From Amoebophrya sp. A120 (Eukaryota > Protista > Dinoflagellata), in assembly GCA_905178155.1 (NCBI GenBank), contig CAJINV010000011.1, positions 3,195,144 through 3,259,143 on the forward strand: a stretch of 64,000 nt of DNA. The letters are read 5' to 3'. Shown piece by piece: positions 57,815-64,000 of the stretch. Both the position numbers and the translations under genes were made by a program. How positions within the stretch are numbered: the stretch's first letter is position 1; the number at the start of each line of letters is the position of its first letter. The notes under the pieces were generated by a model. It worked only from the letters and a program-made list of their open reading frames with translations, did no database searches and was not told where the DNA came from.

Positions 57815-59588
57815 ATGGCGCTCCAAACGCTTGCCGCCCTTCTGGAAACACCCGGACCCGGCGATGAAGTTCTGGGCTTCCTGCACGGCGCCGAGGTGGC
57901 CGCCCTTGCGTGCGTCTCCGCGGAGACGCGGAAAGCGGTGTCGCGGGAGCAGGATGGCAAACTGCGGTGCGCGAACTTGGTGATCCGCTTTAAATGCCGC
58001 AAGAGGAAGGACCACGGAATCGATCTGTGGGCCCAGCGCCGCGACCTGGCTCACGTGTTCGCGCTATCCAATGCAAATATGTCTGGGTCGTCTGGAAGGC
58101 TGCAACTTGTCATGCAAAGCCTGGATCGTGCAAAAATCTGTGTTGCGTGATAGCCAAAAGTTGTGGTCCAAGTTGCGCGGGCGCTTCTCATGCAGGGTAG
58201 GCATGAAAGAGATATCGCAGAATTTGTCATGCTGTGTCCTTGATTCCAGCACTCGTGGGTCATGGAGAACTGGCATGACAAACACACTTGGATTTTTTTG
58301 TTCCAGACCCAGATTTTGCAATGCATACGTGCGTGTGGATGTTGCCGCGGTCAAGTCCCTCCTCGTCGAGTTCCGTGCAGACACGGGCGCGGACGCCGAC
58401 CGTGTTTACGTCGACCGCGTATTGGACCAAGTGCAGTCACTGATGGGCCCGGAACTCCGACAGTTTGGCTTGATGGCCCCGCAGTTGGGCGCACCGACCG
58501 ACAATAACCGCCTAGAGTACCTCAGCGTGGTTCTTGCTAGCGACCGGGCCTTCAACCATTTCGCGCGTTCCCTGGTGTCGCTGTCGAAGCTCGAGACGCT
58601 TTTCATCCCCAGTGCGCTGGCCACGAGTCCCATAAACTTCCCGCCCGGGGTAAAAACGCATCTGCCCAGGCTGAAAGCGCTGCACGTGGTCGACGCGTTT
58701 CATCTCGATGAGGTCAAGCCGGCTAGCTTAGTGTGTGCAATGCTCGGTCATCGGAACAACAACAGCAACAATTTGGAGGAGAACAAGGATGTGCCTCTTG
58801 CTGCCCCTTCGGGTTGTAGTTCCTCGGGTGTAGTCGCATCTGCTTCTGTCCCCGACAAAAGAACTACCCGTCTTGCAGTTTTTTCCTGCCGGGAATTGGA
58901 CTGCGACGACATGGACGAAATGGGTACCTCTAACGACGGCGAGGAGCCGACGACAACTGCGGGCGTTGAACTGTGGAGAGAGACCATTGCGCCGGGACTA
59001 CAAAAACTTTCCTTAATCACAGATGACGAAGATGACCTTCTGGATGCGGATTGGTTCTGGTCCTGCTGCAAAAATGTGCGGCACCTCGAAACAAGCTTCA
59101 CAGGAGGCGACGAGTGGAAATGGGGGAAATACTTCCCCAACCTCGAGTCGCTGACCTTCACCCAACTGCGATACGATGGGCTAACCTGTGGATTTCGGAG
59201 ACCGCTAGTGGGATTGATGCACGAATTCGAGTTTTCGCGCCAGCGGCTCGTCTTTTGCGATTCGGAACTATCCGCGGTCGAGCTGGCGATGCTAACAGCC
59301 GCATGGAGCAAAACGTCAGTGCGCGGGCGGGGTGGGGGCAGCTCTGGACGGAAGGAGGGTAATGGAAGAGTGGTCGGACAACAAGAAGTTCTTGAGCAAT
59401 CTTCTCAGACGAGGGCATCACAATCTTCTGAAACTACTGCACCGCCGCCTCTGGTCCTCGATGCTACATCTTCGCGTCTCCTCGAGATGCTGCATGCGGA
59501 TATTAACCAAAGGACCTTCAAAATCACGACCGGACCGCCGCTTTGCCCCATGACGCAGACGGAAGTTGCGGCGTATCGGCAAGCGTGA
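57815..59588 (+). CDS. F-box-like/LRR-like protein, tandem paralog 6, interrupted by one introner
   Basis: ORFs 57815 and 58071 join as LAHVFA-RVDVAAVKSLLVE, collinear with paralogs 2-5 (GHIFARVDVRAVK). Confidence 0.88.
58065..58327. mobile_element. Introner, TIR family A
   Basis: TATCCAATGCAAATATGTCTGGGTC...TTCCAGACCCAGATTTTGCAATGCATA, DR CGCGC/CGTGC. Absent from the five paralogs. Confidence 0.93.
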
Positions 59589-60081
59589 CTGGTGACACAC
59601 GCGGGGGGTCGTAATGTCAAGCTCTGAGGAACTTGAACTACATGCGGTCGTGAAGAATAAATCCAGGAGGAGATTGATACCAACCGGAGAATTCTTTCGT
59701 GCTCCACCTTCAGTGCGTCTCGCAACTCCGTGGTGAAGATATGTGACTGCGTCGCTTGACGTTAGGGGAAGGGAACTTTATTCCGCTTGGATTTGCGCCA
59801 ACATCTTCTCGCCAGAGCTCGTTTGATTAGGAAGAATTGCTGATGTTGGTTCTCGAGGACCGGTGGAACAGATTTTCCGGAACTGCGAATTGATAGTGTT
59901 CCGATTTAATAATACACCCTTTTCGGTGCGATGTTAGTCGGTAGAAGGTTGGCTCTACGAAATTTATCGTGTAAAAATTTCACCGATGTCAATCTTTTCA
60001 ACGACAGGCTCTATCGGTAAGAACTCCACTAGAGAGGACGAACAAGCATTCGCAGATATAAGATAGCCATAAAGTACTCTC

Positions 60082-60693
60082 ATGTCTCTCGTTCTTTACC
60101 TCGTGCAGCACGGTTTGGCCGAGTCGGAGGATGTGAATCCTGAGCGTCCGCTGAGCAAAGAAGGTACCGAGGAAACCGCCCTGCTCGCGGAATTTTTCGC
60201 GACAAAGGAAATAATCATCGGTAATGAAAATCAAAATCTCACCCCGACCACCGCGACCTCACCTAGTACCGCCCCTCTCCAATTCTGGCACAGCGGGAAA
60301 CTGCGAGCGCGACAGACCGCAGAGATTTTGGCAGAAAAGACCGCGGAGCGGAAGCTGGAAGCAGTTGTAGCGGAGAAGGACGGGTTGAACCCAAAGGATT
60401 CTGCGGATGCCTTTTTCGAGAACAATCTCCTGCCCCTCCTTGCCGGCGAAACAGAGCAGTCCTCTTCGGTTGTGATCTGCGGCCACCTCCCGTTCCTGCA
60501 GGAGCTCGCGGCCACCATGGTTAGTCATGGAGGAACCACAGGGAGTAATGTTGGTGAACAAGCGTCGAGCGCACAAGTTCCGAAATTCTCGAACAGCTGC
60601 CTTTTTCGGTTTGATGGTAGCAAGGGGGAAGATAAATTCAAACTTGCTTTTGCGGAGAATGTGTCGGAAATGCGGGCGGAGTTGGTCGGATGA
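60082..60693 (+). CDS. sixA: SixA-like phosphohistidine phosphatase (histidine phosphatase superfamily)
   Basis: LYLVQHGLAESEDVNPERPLSKEG, HSGKLRARQTAEIL, GLNP, VICGHLPFL. Intronless. Confidence 0.85.
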   Translation: MSLVLYLVQHGLAESEDVNPERPLSKEGTEETALLAEFFATKEIIIGNENQNLTPTTATSPSTAPLQFWHSGKLRARQTAEILAEKTAERKLEAVVAEKDGLNPKDSADAFFENNLLPLLAGETEQSSSVVICGHLPFLQELAATMVSHGGTTGSNVGEQASSAQVPKFSNSCLFRFDGSKGEDKFKLAFAENVSEMRAELVG

Positions 60694-61118
60694 TTTATTG
60701 GTAGCTGATGGCAACGTAGAGTTGCTGTTTTTTTCCAATAAGAAGTTACTTACCTGTTCCGACCTCATTCGTATAGAAACTTAATTTCTTCTGCGCTCCA
60801 ATTGATGTTTAAGTTTAATATTTCGGTGTCGTCGCTGCTTCCTTATCCTTCCCCATCGTGGTACTAGCGGATCACGTTGTACCGGAATCGTGTGTCGTCA
60901 CTGTCGGGTTCTTGATGTACGTCGTACAAAGGGTGAAAATTCGCTTTTCGGCATAAACATAAAGACTTCGACGTGTGTACTAACGAGACACTAATTCTAC
61001 ATTTGTGTTTCATCCACTTAGCTTACCTGATTCATCTGGCGAATGACTGTATTCTCAAATTCAGATTTTTCAGCAACGCGAGAGGTTTTTTTTTTCGCAG
61101 ACTGTTGAGCAAGAAAAA

Positions 61119-63049
61119 ATGAGTCAACGGCTCTCCAGCACTACAGGGCGTGCAACAGTAGTTCAGCCGTACCGGCGGATTCAGGCAGCAGCACCAGGGC
61201 CAAGGAAAAGCTACAAAGCTGCAGCTGTCGCCTCTAGAAGAACGTTATGCGGGTTTCTCGCTTCGCTGGTGCCGCCTTCGGCTGTACTTGATGCACATGC
61301 TGAATTTTTACCAGGAACTGCTGGCGCAGAAGTCTTGAATAAAAACGAGGATGTTATCCCAGCGTCGGCGGTCCTCGTCCCAACATCATCGGACGGAGGT
61401 TCATCCGCAGCACCGGAAGACATCACAGCGAGCCCGTTTCTCGCTTTTTCCGAGGTGACGCCAGAAGGAGCGACGTCAACGTTCGAGCAACTGGACATCA
61501 GGCAGGCAACATCGAGTGGGCGCAGTGCGGATGTCGAGGTGCCGACTTCATCATCCGCAGGAGAAAGAAACTATGACGCCGACGAGGAAGCGAAAAAAGT
61601 CGTGCTCGCCATCGACAGAATGACCACCGCACTGCGAGGAGGAGGAGAGGGTGTGGAAGCAGGAGGAACCACGCATGAAGTAAACGTCTCGACGACGGCA
61701 GAGGCTCCTCGCGAGCTGAGCGCGATCATGGAGCGCTACGCACCGTTGATACACGCCGAGTTGCACGACGCCGCCACTGATGCTGAGGAGCATGGTGAAG
61801 CTCCTTCTTTTCGTGCCGAAACTATTTTCAGCTTCAAAAGAATTATCGAAGTGAAAAATCCCCCCTCCTTATATCCAGATGAAAATTTGTGTTTGTGATG
61901 CTGGAATTCCGTACACAAATCTTCAGATCTGTCTTGCAGTAAAGGAGTGCATGCATATGCCGGGCCTGAATCGAGAGCCTTTGGCGTAGGCACCTAGCAT
62001 GACAAATGTCTATGCTGCAAGCCCAACAGCATGACAAACCGCCTGCGCAATGCGGCGGACTTTCTGCGTTTGCCTTCTTTCAAGACAAACAGGATTTCTG
62101 GTTTTACAAATTTGCATCGCAAATCTTCAGATTGATGCGTTTTTTATATGGGGAGCGCGGATTTTTCCTCACCATAGAAAATGCTGTGCTGACCAAGAGA
62201 AGTACAGCTACAGCCGGCGTCTGCCGGGCGGTAATCGGGTATTTCTCTTCCCCAGCCGAGATTACCGAGTGCAGAAACTGCCGCACTTTGAAGCCCGGGA
62301 ACTTGAAGAGAAGCGTGCTGAGAGCGCTGCGGGAAGAACAGCGCGTCGAGAAGCAGATCCCGCCAGGAATGGTCATTTCTGCTTCATCGCCAGGTGTGCT
62401 GCCGCTGCCGGAAAGACAACTAGGAGAGCAGGGGGAGGGGAACCACGACATCAGCACGACGACAGCACGACTGGGCAAGAATTCCAATGCCTGTGCGGCA
62501 GACTCCGAGCAGTCCTGTGCCGGGCTCGTGCTGTCCCAGAGCGAACGGAAGTGCCGCAAGCAACGGCGGAGCGAGTGCTGCGCCTGGGTCCGGGAGGACG
62601 CACGGACGCTGCTGCAGGAATTTGAGGCGGTGGTGGAATTGGAAGAACATGATGAGCCGAAAGAAGAACGACCGTCGAGGAGTCGTGAAAAAAATCCGCT
62701 GCGTGTAGCGTTGAAGGAGTTGGAGGCGAAGTTCCAGCTACCGCTTTTCCGTTCAACTGGTCGTACTGCACGGGATGCTGTAGAAGTTCCGTCTACCACG
62801 ACTTCACACTATACGAGGTCCCCCTCGAGCTTGTTTCCCACTACGTTGCACAACCTCGCACTGTTTTACGCCTTGGCCTCGAACGGGGCGCCAGGGCCGG
62901 CGGCGCGGCTGTTGCAGGAGGTGGCGGAGAAGCTTGTGGCGGGAAACAACGGTTTGAAAAGCAGCACGAAAAAAATCATCGCGCATCAGGTCCTGCTCGA
63001 GCTCGGAGAGGTGGCGCAGCTCCAGCTACAAGAGGCGCTGTTGGGGTGA
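61119..63049 (+). CDS. Hypothetical protein, two exons split by an introner
   Basis: ORFs 61119-61898 and 62006-63049 join in frame (FSFKRI-AVLTKR) on removal of 61844-62176 + 5 nt. Confidence 0.65.
61844..62176. mobile_element. Introner, divergent family
   Basis: TATCGAAGTGAAAAATCCCCCTCCTTATAT...ATATGGGGAGCGCGGATTTTTCCTCACCATA, with internal GCATGACAAA x2 and TGTGATGC. DR eroded (AGAAT/GAAAA). Confidence 0.72.
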
Positions 63050-63658
63050 AAGTCGAAGTCTGCGGATTAGTGTCCTCTTTATCTGGGCCTGCAGAAGATG
63101 CCCATGAGGATAAATGGAAAAAAAATTATGAACGGCGCTTGATGAATTTTTGGGTGAATAGTTCTTGAAGCAGATGAAGCAACAAGGTTGCGCAGTGCTG
63201 TGAAATCTTGAATATGAGACCTTCTTGTACGGTGTTGGCACACGGACGCTGGGGCACCTCACACTCCCTGCAACTTCACAGACGAGGTCGCGACGCGCGG
63301 CGTTTTTCGTGTGTGTCAGTTTGGCTGTGCCCGTCGAAATTTGTATTCATCGAGCTGCGTTGTACGGGCCACCCCCGGAAGATCCACAGAAGTTTTTTTT
63401 AAACAATCTGCACACGACTTCTTGGCAGCTTCATAGCCGAGGTTTTTGATATATTACGATCCCCGACCAACATCTACGCTTTAAGTTTCTGTGGGAAGCC
63501 AATACTAGACAAACGTAAGTACTAGTACTTAAGGGAACATCACACGGGTCGTATCTACTCACTGTTACAGACTCTCACGAAGATCACGAAGGAACTTCTT
63601 TACTTCTTTTTGTCGAATGCGTGCGTTTGCAAATACATAATATCGTAGCAAAACCATC

Positions 63659-64000
63659 ATGCGGACGTTTCATCTTCCCGCAGCGCTGGGGGAACGGCAG
63701 TTCCTGGCGGCTCCTGGCGCTCGAAGAACAAGTGCTAGCCCGCGGCGTCCTCCAAGCAGCTTGTTTGCACAGCTCACTTTCGCTCTATTTCTCCTGCCTG
63801 GAAGCTTGGTTCTTCCGCAAGCCCGCGGCCGCACGCAAACGATTTTGAAGTGGAAGCAGCTGCTGCGGGGACGGTGTTTGGACGGGTCAGCGTCGGGCTA
63901 CTACGTAGAACAGGAGCCGGACCCCGTGCTACTCAAGCAAAAGCTGGAAAACGGCGTCTTGATCGACTTCCAAGGCGGAGGCTGGTGCTACGGGGACACG
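63659..64000 (+). CDS. Pectin acetylesterase / Notum-like hydrolase, 5' part (runs off the window)
   Basis: Open frame from ATG 63659 to the window end, not in the ORF track. Contains a hydrophobic segment, then CLDGSASGYY and VLIDFQGGGWCYG, the family signature. Confidence 0.85.
   Translation, partial: MRTFHLPAALGERQFLAAPGARRTSASPRRPPSSLFAQLTFALFLLPGSLVLPQARGRTQTILKWKQLLRGRCLDGSASGYYVEQEPDPVLLKQKLENGVLIDFQGGGWCYGDT

Overview
Eukaryotic, intron-containing, gene-dense DNA. The unidirectional gene blocks, GT-AG introns and many non-canonical TIR-bounded introns suggest a syndinian dinoflagellate such as Amoebophrya (inference). Genes are on the minus strand up to ~38 kb: a giant otubain-OTU/RING/KH-like/Q-rich gene, a hypothetical gene, SPX-VTC, a C5 DNA methyltransferase, SPFH, LRR, an FkbM methyltransferase and a membrane protein. 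From ~41 kb they are on the plus strand: a divergent ABCE1/RLI, six tandem F-box-like/LRR-like paralogs, a SixA-like phosphatase, a hypothetical gene and a pectin-acetylesterase/Notum-like gene. The most striking system is a set of 17-18 MITE-like introner elements (about 125-335 bp, several TIR families). All sit inside coding exons, almost all begin and end with TA, and most are flanked by a 5-bp direct repeat. In every case I checked by hand, removing the element plus 5 nt restores the reading frame. They lack GT-AG ends and occur in both orientations relative to transcription, and one sits in a paralog whose five siblings show the empty site. Also present: two hairpin-forming tandem repeats, GC-rich degenerate islands (one resembling a pogo-type transposase) and telomere-like repeats in the strand-switch region. 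All coordinates and joins were derived by eye, without tools.
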